Source of the DNA: a bacterium
GTDB lineage: Bacteria > Elusimicrobiota > Elusimicrobia > UBA1565 > UBA9628
Assembly (NCBI GenBank): GCA_021822495.1
Contig: JAKAQO010000003.1
Location: forward strand, 83,227-147,226
DNA length: 64,000 bases
Reading direction: 5' to 3'
Positions within the stretch are counted from its first letter, which is position 1. Every line of letters begins with the position of its first letter. The notes beneath the pieces were generated by a model. The model ran no database searches. It saw only the letters and a list, made by a program, of their open reading frames with translations, and was not told the DNA's origin. A program made the position numbers and the translations under genes. Shown here one piece after another: positions 29,314 to 38,746 of this stretch.

Positions 29314-30399
29314 ATGACCATAATGACGATTCCAGATCAAAATAAAGGCGCTCGCGCGCACTTTCTCCAGCTCACCCCAGGTAAATTAATGGGGCTGAGG
29401 CGCATCACCGATGAAAAAAACCGTTTTAAAGTCCTGGCCTTGGACCAATCCAACTCTTTTAGGAAAGCCTTAAAAGCCCTCCACACCAAAGAGGGCTCCG
29501 CTAAGGATCCGGATTACGCCGAAATCCGGGATATTAAGCTGAAAATGGTCGCAACCTTAAGTCCCTTGGCCACTGCCGTTCTCTTGGACGTCAATTATGC
29601 CGCAAGACAAGCGCTCAACTCGCTCGCCCTCCCCAAACATGTGGGCCTCATCGTGCGCCTTGAGGCTTCCAAGGACCCCGGAATAAAATCGGAATATGAG
29701 CCCGGGTGGTCGGTTGAAAAGATAAAAAAGATGGGCGGCGACGCGGTGAAGCTTTTGGTTTATATTGACACCGAAGATAAGGACAATGTCAAAGCTCAAA
29801 TAAATTTCGTCAAGGAAGTCTCAAAGGCCTGCGCGGAAAACGACATCCTTTTAATGACCGAGGAATTATCTTTCCCCAGAAAAGGAGAAGAAAAGTCTTC
29901 GCCGTCTTTTAAGGCGCGAAAAGTAAACAACATCCTGGAAGCGGCCAAACTCATCGGGCCCTACACCGATATTCTTAAATTAGAATTCCCCGGTTTTATC
30001 CAGGAAGATTCCGTTTCTCAAATGGAAGAAAACCTGCATCATCTCAACGAAGCGGCTATTCGCCCTTGGGTCCTTCTATCCGCTGGCGAGAAATTCGACC
30101 TCTTCGCCAAGCAAGCGGAAATGGCCATGAAGGCGGGCTCTTCCGGCTATATGGCCGGACGCGCCATCTTCAACGAATCTTTTGAAAGCTCAAAAAACCA
30201 AGACGCCTTTCTTAAATCCACCGGCGTTGAAAGGATGAAAAAACTCAACGCGATCATTGAAAAGCAGGCCCAGAACTGGATGGAAAGATATCAGATTACC
30301 GCTCAAGACATGGCCTCATCCGTTGATCCGCAATGGTATTTAGATTCAAAATCTAAAGCCTCGGATTCCCCGCGCCCATCAGGTTCCGGAGACTATTGA
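29314..30399 (+). CDS. Class I aldolase, LacD/tagatose-1,6-bisphosphate aldolase family
   Basis: LALDQ, DAVKLLVY, DILKLEFP (Schiff-base Lys), PWVLLSAG, GYMAGRA; SD GGAGG and TAGAAT -10 at 29287. Confidence 0.87.
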   Translation: MTIMTIPDQNKGARAHFLQLTPGKLMGLRRITDEKNRFKVLALDQSNSFRKALKALHTKEGSAKDPDYAEIRDIKLKMVATLSPLATAVLLDVNYAARQALNSLALPKHVGLIVRLEASKDPGIKSEYEPGWSVEKIKKMGGDAVKLLVYIDTEDKDNVKAQINFVKEVSKACAENDILLMTEELSFPRKGEEKSSPSFKARKVNNILEAAKLIGPYTDILKLEFPGFIQEDSVSQMEENLHHLNEAAIRPWVLLSAGEKFDLFAKQAEMAMKAGSSGYMAGRAIFNESFESSKNQDAFLKSTGVERMKKLNAIIEKQAQNWMERYQITAQDMASSVDPQWYLDSKSKASDSPRPSGSGDY

Positions 30400-30400
30400 A

Positions 30401-31462
30401 ATGTCTAAAAAAATTGGACTTCTGACCGGAGGCGGGGATTGTCCGGGGCTTAACCCCGCAATCCGAGGAGCCGTCATCCAAGCGCTGGAATTGGACTATG
30501 AATGTTGGGGACTTGAAGAAGGTTGGAAAGGCCTTATTGAAGGAAACGCGAGAAAACTAACCCTTGAAGACGTCGAGGGCATCGTGGGCCAGGGAGGAAC
30601 TATTCTTGGCACTTCACGGACAAACCCTTTCAAAAAAGAAAAAGGCGTCGAGAAGGCCCTGGCCACCCTCCAATCTCTCAACCTTTATTCCTTAATCGCG
30701 ATGGGTGGAGAGGATACTCTTGGAGTCGCCCAAAGGCTTTACGCCGAGCATCAAGTCAAAGTCGTCGGCGTTCCCAAAACCATGGACAACGATCTATCGG
30801 CCACCGACTACACTTTTGGCTTTGACACCGCGACCTCCATCGCCGTGGATGCGGCGGAAAGACTGATCGACACCGGGAAAAGCCATCGCCGCGTCATGGT
30901 CCTCGAAGTCATGGGGCGAGAAGCGGGATGGGTCGCCTTATTCACGGGAATCGCTTCTGGCGCCGATTATATTGCTATTCCTGAAAAATCCTTTGACGAA
31001 AAGGAAATGCTCGATCAAGTCAAAACCGCTTACGCGCGCAAAAAACACGCCCTCGTCGTCGTCTCCGAAGCTCTCAAATTTTCAAAATCCGCCTCCAACG
31101 GGATCGGCGTTCCGGAAAAAGATGACTTCGGCCATGCGCTTCTTAAAGAACAGGGCACCGGCGACACCGTGGCTAAAATGATTGAAAAAGGAACGGGGAT
31201 TGAAACCCGCGCTTCGGTGATTGGGCACGTTCAACGAGGCGGAAAGCCTACTCTTTTTGACCGCATGTTGGCGACCCGCGTTGGAGTCAAAGCCGCGCAA
31301 ATGACCCATGCCGGGCAATTTGGCCGCATGGCCGCGATGAGAGGCTCTGAAATTATTGATGTCTCTCTTAAAGAGGCCGCCGGAACGCTTAAAAAAGTTT
31401 CCCAGGATTGGATTATGATCGCTCAAACCTTATCCGCTAAAAGAGAGACTGTTTCTCAGTGA
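30401..31462 (+). CDS. pfkA: 6-phosphofructokinase, PPi-type signature
   Basis: TGGGDCPGLN, GGEDT, PKTMDND, EVMGR, GHVQRGG. Confidence 0.93.
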   Translation: MSKKIGLLTGGGDCPGLNPAIRGAVIQALELDYECWGLEEGWKGLIEGNARKLTLEDVEGIVGQGGTILGTSRTNPFKKEKGVEKALATLQSLNLYSLIAMGGEDTLGVAQRLYAEHQVKVVGVPKTMDNDLSATDYTFGFDTATSIAVDAAERLIDTGKSHRRVMVLEVMGREAGWVALFTGIASGADYIAIPEKSFDEKEMLDQVKTAYARKKHALVVVSEALKFSKSASNGIGVPEKDDFGHALLKEQGTGDTVAKMIEKGTGIETRASVIGHVQRGGKPTLFDRMLATRVGVKAAQMTHAGQFGRMAAMRGSEIIDVSLKEAAGTLKKVSQDWIMIAQTLSAKRETVSQ

Positions 31463-32031
31463 CGAAAGAAACCAGTCCGCGATATCAACGGCGAACCATC
31501 GTCGTTAAGCGTTCGCTTCAATTTAAATATGTCGCCCTCATCTTTCTTACTTCTCTAGTCGCGGCTCTTTTGGCCGATTTTGACGTCTATTACACCGTGG
31601 CCAAATTGGCCCTCAGGGAAAATCCCGCGCTGGTGACCTCTATTTCGCATCTCTACATCATTTTCGGAATCAAAATGTTTCTCTATCTGTTTCTTATTAT
31701 CTTGACCGGAGTCTATATTTCTCACCGGTTCGCGGGCCCGGTGCACCGTTTTGAAAAAAGCGCCCAAATAGCGGCCTCTGGAGATTTAACCCACCGGGTG
31801 GCGCTCAGAACCGGAGATGAGCTTCATGAACTCCAGGAAGAATTCAACGCAATGATGTCGAGTCTTCAGAGCCTTATTCAAAAAGACCGCAATCTCGCGC
31901 AAAGATTATCTGAAAAGCTTGAGACCCTTGGGAAAAAAGTCGAGGGGCTAAACCCTCCGATTGAAATCAAAGAGGAACTCGACGCCCTCAGAATTGAATT
32001 AAATCATCTGACTCAATCTTTTAAAATTTAA
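31459..32031 (+). CDS. Two-TM HAMP-domain protein with coiled-coil tail and no output domain
   Basis: SHRFAGP...GDLT.RV.LR.GDEL..L..FN.M. Confidence 0.8.
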   Translation: MTKETSPRYQRRTIVVKRSLQFKYVALIFLTSLVAALLADFDVYYTVAKLALRENPALVTSISHLYIIFGIKMFLYLFLIILTGVYISHRFAGPVHRFEKSAQIAASGDLTHRVALRTGDELHELQEEFNAMMSSLQSLIQKDRNLAQRLSEKLETLGKKVEGLNPPIEIKEELDALRIELNHLTQSFKI

Positions 32032-33456
32032 ATGTGGGCACCTCTCAGTTTTAGGAACTTAGTCAAGACTCTTTTGTTTATTTTGGCTATTCTCTTAATT
32101 TCAAGATTTCTTTCAGCTGAAGATGAGTCGACCGCCACAGCAGTTCAACGACCCTCAGTTTTCTTAACTGAACCGGGCAATTTTTCAGACAAAGGAGAAA
32201 ACGCGGCGAACTCATTAGGCTCCGAAGGCGGGGTTCTTGAGAGGACCTTGACGCTTAAGGACGCGGAAAGACTCGCCCTTCTCAACGATGCGACGGTCTT
32301 GTCCGCTGAACAAGATAAAATCGTCGCAAGAGAGAGGGTCCGGGAAGCGGGCTATTTGTTCTTGCCAGAAGTCGGGGTTCAGGCAAGCGCGACGAAATAT
32401 AACGCTCTCTATCCCTTCGCCCTTCCCGCCGCAGGGAACGCGCTTTTATTCCCAAAAAATTCTCCGTACCTTGGAAACAATTTAAACACCATCATGTTCG
32501 GCGGGGCGTATATGAACATGAATCTTTATGAAGGCGGCAGAGGAGTCAATACTTACAAATTGGCTCAAGCCGCGCAAAAACAAGCCGACAGCCGTTATAA
32601 AGCGGCGCGGATGAACGCCATTCTCGCGGTCAAACGCTCTTTTTATCGCCTCTTATTGACGCAAAGAGAAAAAAAATTGGATCAAGAATATCTCTCTCAA
32701 GTCAAAAGCCTCCTTCAAAACGGAAATTTGGATTTATGGGGAAAACTTGAGGCCCAAACGCAATTAGCGCAAGCGGAAACGCAATACGCCAAAATCTCCC
32801 ACAAACTGAGGCTTGAACGTCTCCAATTTCTTAAGAGTCTCAATCTCGAGCTGGACACCCCTTTTAAGATCGTCGGAAAAATTGAAACGCGCCCCGTCAC
32901 CATCGATATTGAAAAAGCCGTTTTGTGGTCCTTGGAACTGCGTCCCGAGCTTCAATCCGAAACTTATAAGGCTCAAATGGACGCCATTTCCGTCAACCTG
33001 GCCCAATCGCGACGAACCCCGACGGTTTTCATCTCGGGAGACTACGATCTAATGACGCAAGATTTTCCCGTCAATAAAAACAATTGGGACGCGACCTTGG
33101 GGCTCAAACTCCCCTTTGCCTATGACTATTGGAGTGAACTGACAAAAAAGCGCGCGCAACAAAGGCAAGGAGACATCAGCCGCGCAGAACTTCAAGATCA
33201 GGTGCGCCTTGAGGTTCGAGAAGCCTTTTCAGACCTTATGTTCTGGCAAAAGCAATATCCTATTCTCAACAGCGAATACGAAAAAATGGAGGGCCTGTAT
33301 CACCAAGCTTCAAAAAACGCTGGAAAAACTCTTCTTAAAATCCGAGCTCTTTCCTCTTTGTTAGGAATTCAAACCGCCTATTTAAAAGCCGTCACGCAGC
33401 ATCTCTTGGCCAAAGCCAGACTCGAGCGGGCGGTTGGCCGAGAGATTACGCGGTGA
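32032..33456 (+). CDS. TolC family outer-membrane channel
   Basis: Signal peptide, LTLKDAERLAL, LPEV, NLYEGG, RPEL, ARLERAVG. Confidence 0.85.
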   Translation: MWAPLSFRNLVKTLLFILAILLISRFLSAEDESTATAVQRPSVFLTEPGNFSDKGENAANSLGSEGGVLERTLTLKDAERLALLNDATVLSAEQDKIVARERVREAGYLFLPEVGVQASATKYNALYPFALPAAGNALLFPKNSPYLGNNLNTIMFGGAYMNMNLYEGGRGVNTYKLAQAAQKQADSRYKAARMNAILAVKRSFYRLLLTQREKKLDQEYLSQVKSLLQNGNLDLWGKLEAQTQLAQAETQYAKISHKLRLERLQFLKSLNLELDTPFKIVGKIETRPVTIDIEKAVLWSLELRPELQSETYKAQMDAISVNLAQSRRTPTVFISGDYDLMTQDFPVNKNNWDATLGLKLPFAYDYWSELTKKRAQQRQGDISRAELQDQVRLEVREAFSDLMFWQKQYPILNSEYEKMEGLYHQASKNAGKTLLKIRALSSLLGIQTAYLKAVTQHLLAKARLERAVGREITR

Positions 33457-34439
33457 AACAATTCCCCCGCCCTCTTTCGAAAATCCTTTGGCTTTTAATC
33501 ATCCTGTTTTGGCCGCCCCGCATTCATGCGGAAATGGATTTATCAGCCAACGCTGTTTTGCGCGATCATTTATGGAAAGATATCTCGGCCAAGCCCAAGG
33601 GCCAACGCCCCACGATTGGGCTGGTTCTTTCCGCCGGCGGAACCAGGGCTTCAGCCCATATCGGAGTCATCTCAATCTTAAAGGAATCAGGATTTCCCAT
33701 TGACGTCGTCGCTGGGACATCCATGGGGGCCATCATCGGCTCTCTCTATGCTGACGGCAAATCTCCAGATGAACTCAGAAAATTGTCTCTTAAAATGGGC
33801 GCCGCGACCGGATCCAACATTAATCCTTGGACGTTGATAGAATACCTTTTCGCACAAAAATTATTTTCATCTAAAAAATTGGAACGATTTATCAAGAAAG
33901 AGCTCAAGGATAAACGCTTCGAACAGCTCCAAAAACCTTTCGCCTGCGTCGCCATGGACATCAATTCAGGAGAAGCCATTATTTTCCGCGAAGGCCGCGT
34001 TGCGCCGGCGGTCAGGGCCTCGATGAATCTTCCCGGCATTTTTAAACCCGTCGAATATCGGCACCGCTATCTTGTCGACGGGGCCATCGTCGATTATGTG
34101 CCGGTGGACGCCGCTAAACTTTTGGGAGCCCAGTGGATACTCGCCAGCGTCACGGAAGATGACTTTACGCGCGCAAGACCCGACAGCGTGCTTTCCAGCA
34201 TGCAACAAGTGATTGATATTCGGGGCGCGGTCATTCTCGACACTCAAAAAAAAGCCGCGAACTTCTTAATTGAGCCCGCCGTGGGAAACGTTCCCTCCGC
34301 GGGCGGGACCACTCTCTACATGACTCCCACTCCCTGGATTATCGACCAAGGGAAGCTCGCGGCCAATCGGTTTTTGCATAAAGCGGAGCAATCCTACATT
34401 CTTTTTTCCATGCCTGCCATCGCCAAGGGATACTTATGA
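33453..34439 (+). CDS. Exported patatin-like phospholipase
   Basis: Signal peptide; SAGGTRA, GTSMG, DGA. Confidence 0.88.
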   Translation: MKQFPRPLSKILWLLIILFWPPRIHAEMDLSANAVLRDHLWKDISAKPKGQRPTIGLVLSAGGTRASAHIGVISILKESGFPIDVVAGTSMGAIIGSLYADGKSPDELRKLSLKMGAATGSNINPWTLIEYLFAQKLFSSKKLERFIKKELKDKRFEQLQKPFACVAMDINSGEAIIFREGRVAPAVRASMNLPGIFKPVEYRHRYLVDGAIVDYVPVDAAKLLGAQWILASVTEDDFTRARPDSVLSSMQQVIDIRGAVILDTQKKAANFLIEPAVGNVPSAGGTTLYMTPTPWIIDQGKLAANRFLHKAEQSYILFSMPAIAKGYL

Positions 34440-35386
34440 GAAAAATATTTTTAGCCCTCATTCTTCTAGGACCTTCGCTTCCCGCTCAAGCCTCTTGGAA
34501 TATTTTCGCACCCCGCAAAGATCCCCTGGCCAAGGAAAAAGAATTATTCCAGGAAGGCCGCTACAAGGAAGTCATCAAGGATTTGGGTCGCGACCAATTT
34601 CAGTATTACCGCGGAAAAAACCTTGCAAGGGCCTATTTCTATATCGGTCAAAGCTACGAATATACCGACCACCTTGGGCGAGCCCTTGGGTTTTACGAAT
34701 TAGGAGTCAAACTTTTCCCCAACGACTTGCGTCTAGCCGCAGCCTTGGCTCTTCTCCTTCACCGGGCCGGGCTTGAGACTAACGCCGAACCGTTATTTAA
34801 AAAAATACTTCGCGCTCATCCCAACAACGCCGAGGCGCATTTGGGCCTCGCGGAAATCGACGCCAATCTTGGATTTCTAAAGCGAAGCGTTCATCATTAT
34901 CAAGCAACCCTCAAATCCGTCCCTGAAAACGCGGATATCTGGCGCCATTATGCGGAAGTTCTGATGCGATTAAGGCAATTCTTGGACGCAGAATTTGCCG
35001 CTAAAAAATCTCTTGCCCTAAACCCTGACCCAAAAACAGAAATGGATATCGCTTTCATTGAGCGCGATAAAGGAAATTTAGACCAAGCCCTTTCGCTCCT
35101 TGATTCACCCAATCTCAACAGCAAATACGGGGTCAAGGCGGAGCGCCTGAAAGGACTTTGGTTGTTGGAAGACAATCAGGTCGCAAAAGCGATTTTAACG
35201 GCTAAAAACGTCCAAAGAGTTTCTCCTGATGACCCTATCGCTCATTGGATACTGGCGCAAGCCGCCTTAAACCGTGGACAAATATCAAAAGCGAAAAAAG
35301 AACTTGGGCTTATCCAAAATTCTCAAAAACATTCTTTTGTTTATAAAGCCGCTCAAGCCTTCCTCCAATCTATTCCCCAGTATTAA
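34436..35386 (+). CDS. Exported TPR-repeat protein
   Basis: Signal peptide; TPR repeats such as PNNAEAHLGLA and PENADIW. Confidence 0.85.
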   Translation: MRKIFLALILLGPSLPAQASWNIFAPRKDPLAKEKELFQEGRYKEVIKDLGRDQFQYYRGKNLARAYFYIGQSYEYTDHLGRALGFYELGVKLFPNDLRLAAALALLLHRAGLETNAEPLFKKILRAHPNNAEAHLGLAEIDANLGFLKRSVHHYQATLKSVPENADIWRHYAEVLMRLRQFLDAEFAAKKSLALNPDPKTEMDIAFIERDKGNLDQALSLLDSPNLNSKYGVKAERLKGLWLLEDNQVAKAILTAKNVQRVSPDDPIAHWILAQAALNRGQISKAKKELGLIQNSQKHSFVYKAAQAFLQSIPQY

Positions 35387-35464
35387 CGCTCTTAGGCCCT
35401 CCCAGAGAAAGAAGCATAGGTCGGTTTTGCTACAATAGGGTGATTAGAAACAAAGGAGAAATTT

Positions 35465-36778
35465 ATGCCAACCGCCGCCATGGACTACAAAGTTAAAGAT
35501 ATCACGCTTGCCGACTGGGGAAGAAAAGAAATCGCTTTAGCCGAGGCGGAAATGCCCGGACTTATGGCTTTACGGGCGGAATTTCGCGGAAAAAAGCCGC
35601 TCCAAGGCGCCCGAATCGCGGGATGCCTTCACATGACGATTGAAACCGCGGTCTTGATTGAAACCTTGATTCAACTGGGGGCGGAAGTCCGCTGGAGTTC
35701 CTGCAACATTTTCTCAACCCAAGACCACGCCGCCGCTGCCATCGCCCAAGCCGGGATTCCCGTCTTTGCTTGGAAAGGAGAGACCCTTGAGGAATACGAT
35801 TGGTGCATCGAGCAAACTCTGCAATTTGAAGGAAATCTCGGCCCCAATATTTTGCTTGATGACGGCGGGGATCTCACGAACATGATTCACGACAAGTATC
35901 CGGCTCTTTTAAAAGATATCGTTGGCTTGTCCGAGGAAACGACAACTGGAGTCCATCGCCTTTACCAACGGGAAGCCCAAGGAAAACTCAAGGTTCCGGC
36001 TATCAACGTTAATGATTCCTGCACTAAATCCAAATTCGACAATCTCTACGGCTGCCGCGAATCACTACTTGACGGAATTAAACGCGCAACTGACGTCATG
36101 ATCGCCGGAAAAATCGCGGTCGTCTGCGGATACGGGGATGTCGGCAAGGGTTGCGCGCAATCTTTTAAAGGAATGGGCGCCCGGGTTTTTGTCACTGAAA
36201 TCGATCCTATTACCGCTCTTCAAGCCTCGATGGAAGGCGTTTCCGTCATTACGATGGATGAAGCCGCCTCCATCGGAGATATTTTCGTCACCGCCACGGG
36301 TTGCTGTGATGTCATTACTCGCAAACACATGGACATGATGAAATCTCACGCCATTGTCTGCAACATCGGCCACTTTGACCTTGAAATTGACGTCGCTTCC
36401 CTCATGAATGACAAAAAAATCCGCAGAACGACTATTAAACCCCAGGTCGATCAATTCACCTGGCCGGACGGCAAGGTTCTGATTGTTTTGGCGGAAGGAC
36501 GTCTGGTCAACCTTGGTTGCGCCTCCGGACACCCGTCCTTTGTCATGAGCATTTCTTTTTCCAACCAAGTTCTCGCCCAATTGGAACTTTGGACCAACCG
36601 CGAAACCAAAAAATATGAAAACAAGGTTTACACCTTGCCCAAACTTTTGGATGAGCGAGTCGCTCGAATTCATTTAGACAAACTTGGCGCTCACTTGACG
36701 CAGCTCAACCAAAAGCAAGCGGAATATTTGGGGATTAATCCCAAAGGACCCTATAAAGCGGAAAATTACCGCTACTAA
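35465..36778 (+). CDS. ahcY: Adenosylhomocysteinase
   Basis: [46 protein letters not shown]; TGcTACAAT promoter at 35428-35436. Confidence 0.98.
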   Translation: MPTAAMDYKVKDITLADWGRKEIALAEAEMPGLMALRAEFRGKKPLQGARIAGCLHMTIETAVLIETLIQLGAEVRWSSCNIFSTQDHAAAAIAQAGIPVFAWKGETLEEYDWCIEQTLQFEGNLGPNILLDDGGDLTNMIHDKYPALLKDIVGLSEETTTGVHRLYQREAQGKLKVPAINVNDSCTKSKFDNLYGCRESLLDGIKRATDVMIAGKIAVVCGYGDVGKGCAQSFKGMGARVFVTEIDPITALQASMEGVSVITMDEAASIGDIFVTATGCCDVITRKHMDMMKSHAIVCNIGHFDLEIDVASLMNDKKIRRTTIKPQVDQFTWPDGKVLIVLAEGRLVNLGCASGHPSFVMSISFSNQVLAQLELWTNRETKKYENKVYTLPKLLDERVARIHLDKLGAHLTQLNQKQAEYLGINPKGPYKAENYRY

Positions 36779-36781
36779 AAC

Positions 36782-37978
36782 GTGGATATACCCGCAGACA
36801 AGCCAAAAAGAAAAATTAACTATCTCAATCTCTTTTGGCTGACTTCGACTCCCATTGCGGCTGCCATCGGCGTAACTTGGTATTGGGTTCACAATGGTTT
36901 CCCGTGGGCCAATTTACTGGTCTTTACCCTCATGTATTTGGCGACCGGGCTTTCGATTACCGCCGGATATCACCGTTACTATTCTCACCGAAGTTACGAG
37001 TGCGGAAAAGTTCTCCAACTTTTTTATCTCATCTTTGGCGCTGCCGCCGCGCAAAATTCCGTCCTCAACTGGGCTTGCGACCACCGCGATCATCACCGAT
37101 ATGTGGACGGCGAAAAAGACCCGTATAATATCGGAAAAGGATTTTTTTACGCCCACATGGGCTGGATTCTCTATTCCGACCCTTACGCGAATGAAAGAAA
37201 GAAGAACGCGCCGGACCTATTAAAAGACCCCTTCGTTCTCTGGCAAGACCGCTGGTACCCTTTTTTAGTCGTCGCCGTTTCTTTTGGACTGCCGACTTTT
37301 TTGGGGCTGCTTTTGGGGCATCCCCTCGGCGGTTTTTTATGGGGCGGGCTTTTTAGGATGGTCGTCGTCCATCACATGACTTTCCTCATTAATTCCGCGG
37401 CCCATGTTTGGGGCGGCAAACCCTATTCCATGAATAATTCCGCCCGGGACAACTGGATATTAGCCCCATTAACCTTCGGAGAAGGCTATCACAATTTTCA
37501 CCACAAATTTCCGGCGGATTGGAGAAATGGAATCCGTTGGCATCAGTTTGACCTCACCAAGTGGTGGTTGTGGATTACTCAAGCGCTGGGGCTAACCTCA
37601 AAACTTAAGAGCGTCCCGGAGCCCTTGATTCTCAAAGCCCGCCTGGACGTCGAGATGGAAAAAGCGAAACAAAAGCTCGCCTCAAACTCAACCATTCGAG
37701 AAAAAGCCCAGGAAGCCCTCGATCGCGGCCGCCAACGTTTTTTATCGGCGATGGAACGTTATCAAAAAGCCAAGACCGATTATTCCAGGGCTAAACGCTA
37801 TTGGTCGGCGGCCATGCGCCGAGAAATTCGCAATGATATTCGCCAATATTCAAAGGAACTCGCCGCCGCGCGACAAGCCTGGGGGCAAGCCATGCGGCTC
37901 GTCAACGGATTTTCCTATTCCGGCGCAAAAAATATGGTGTTTCTAACCGCCTTGGCCGATATTTTTAGATCTCGTTGA
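36782..37978 (+). CDS. Delta-9 acyl-CoA/acyl-lipid desaturase with helical C-terminal extension
   Basis: His boxes HRYYSH, HRDHH, HNFHH; GEGYHN. Confidence 0.92.
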   Translation: MDIPADKPKRKINYLNLFWLTSTPIAAAIGVTWYWVHNGFPWANLLVFTLMYLATGLSITAGYHRYYSHRSYECGKVLQLFYLIFGAAAAQNSVLNWACDHRDHHRYVDGEKDPYNIGKGFFYAHMGWILYSDPYANERKKNAPDLLKDPFVLWQDRWYPFLVVAVSFGLPTFLGLLLGHPLGGFLWGGLFRMVVVHHMTFLINSAAHVWGGKPYSMNNSARDNWILAPLTFGEGYHNFHHKFPADWRNGIRWHQFDLTKWWLWITQALGLTSKLKSVPEPLILKARLDVEMEKAKQKLASNSTIREKAQEALDRGRQRFLSAMERYQKAKTDYSRAKRYWSAAMRREIRNDIRQYSKELAAARQAWGQAMRLVNGFSYSGAKNMVFLTALADIFRSR

Positions 37979-38011
37979 AAAATTCAAGGCAAATTTTGCT
38001 ACCATTTCGCC

Positions 38012-38746
38012 ATGAGAATAAAACTAAGGCTTTCCGTCTTGTCGCTGGTCCTCTTAATACCGTTATCGTCTTGGGCGGGACCCTTTAACCAATTTTCTTC
38101 CCTAATCCAATCCCAAGCCTTAAAACCCTTCGCTCTCGATATTGGAGGCGTCTTGGGCGGCGCCGAGTTTGATCCCACTCCCCCGACCGGATTTCCCGGC
38201 GCTTCCGTCCAAATGGTCGGCGTCATGCAAACGACCCCTAATTCCAACGATATCGTGCTTAAAGATAACGGCGTCAAGGAATTTGGTCTTCCCATGCTTC
38301 AGGCGACTGTCGGGCTTCCCTTTCACTTGGACGTCGTCGCGCATGGCTTTAGTTACGATGGAGCGACGGTATTAGGCGGCGGACTCCGCTACGGACTTTT
38401 TACGCCTTCGCGCCTTCTTCTTTTTCTGCCAACCGTTGAACTCTCGGCCATGGGAGACGTCATTAATGACAGCGCATTTTCAATGACCCATTTATCCGCG
38501 GATGCCAGCGCCATTTGGAGGCTCCCCATCATTCAACCTTTTCTCGGAGTAGGCTTTGATGACACAAAAGCCACCATTGATTCAGCCCAACTTGTCGGGC
38601 TCAACGGCCTTTCCGCCACGGCCACGGGCTCCCGCTTAGCCGCCGGAATCGATTTTACCGCGATTCCTTTTGTGACTCTCCGCGCGGCCTACATGGTTTT
38701 CCACGGAATATCAGGCGGAGAACTCACCGCCGGCGTCGGATTTTAA
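38012..38746 (+). CDS. Exported outer-membrane beta-barrel-like hypothetical protein
   Basis: Signal peptide, Gly/aromatic beta strands, C-terminal Phe; TGcTACCAT 6 nt before ATG. Confidence 0.55.
   Translation: MRIKLRLSVLSLVLLIPLSSWAGPFNQFSSLIQSQALKPFALDIGGVLGGAEFDPTPPTGFPGASVQMVGVMQTTPNSNDIVLKDNGVKEFGLPMLQATVGLPFHLDVVAHGFSYDGATVLGGGLRYGLFTPSRLLLFLPTVELSAMGDVINDSAFSMTHLSADASAIWRLPIIQPFLGVGFDDTKATIDSAQLVGLNGLSATATGSRLAAGIDFTAIPFVTLRAAYMVFHGISGGELTAGVGF

Noticed and set aside
35387..35464. SAH riboswitch, or a copy of the palindromic box, before ahcY
   Set aside because: The predicted leader is only about 20 nt; only a TAGGCC half-site is present.
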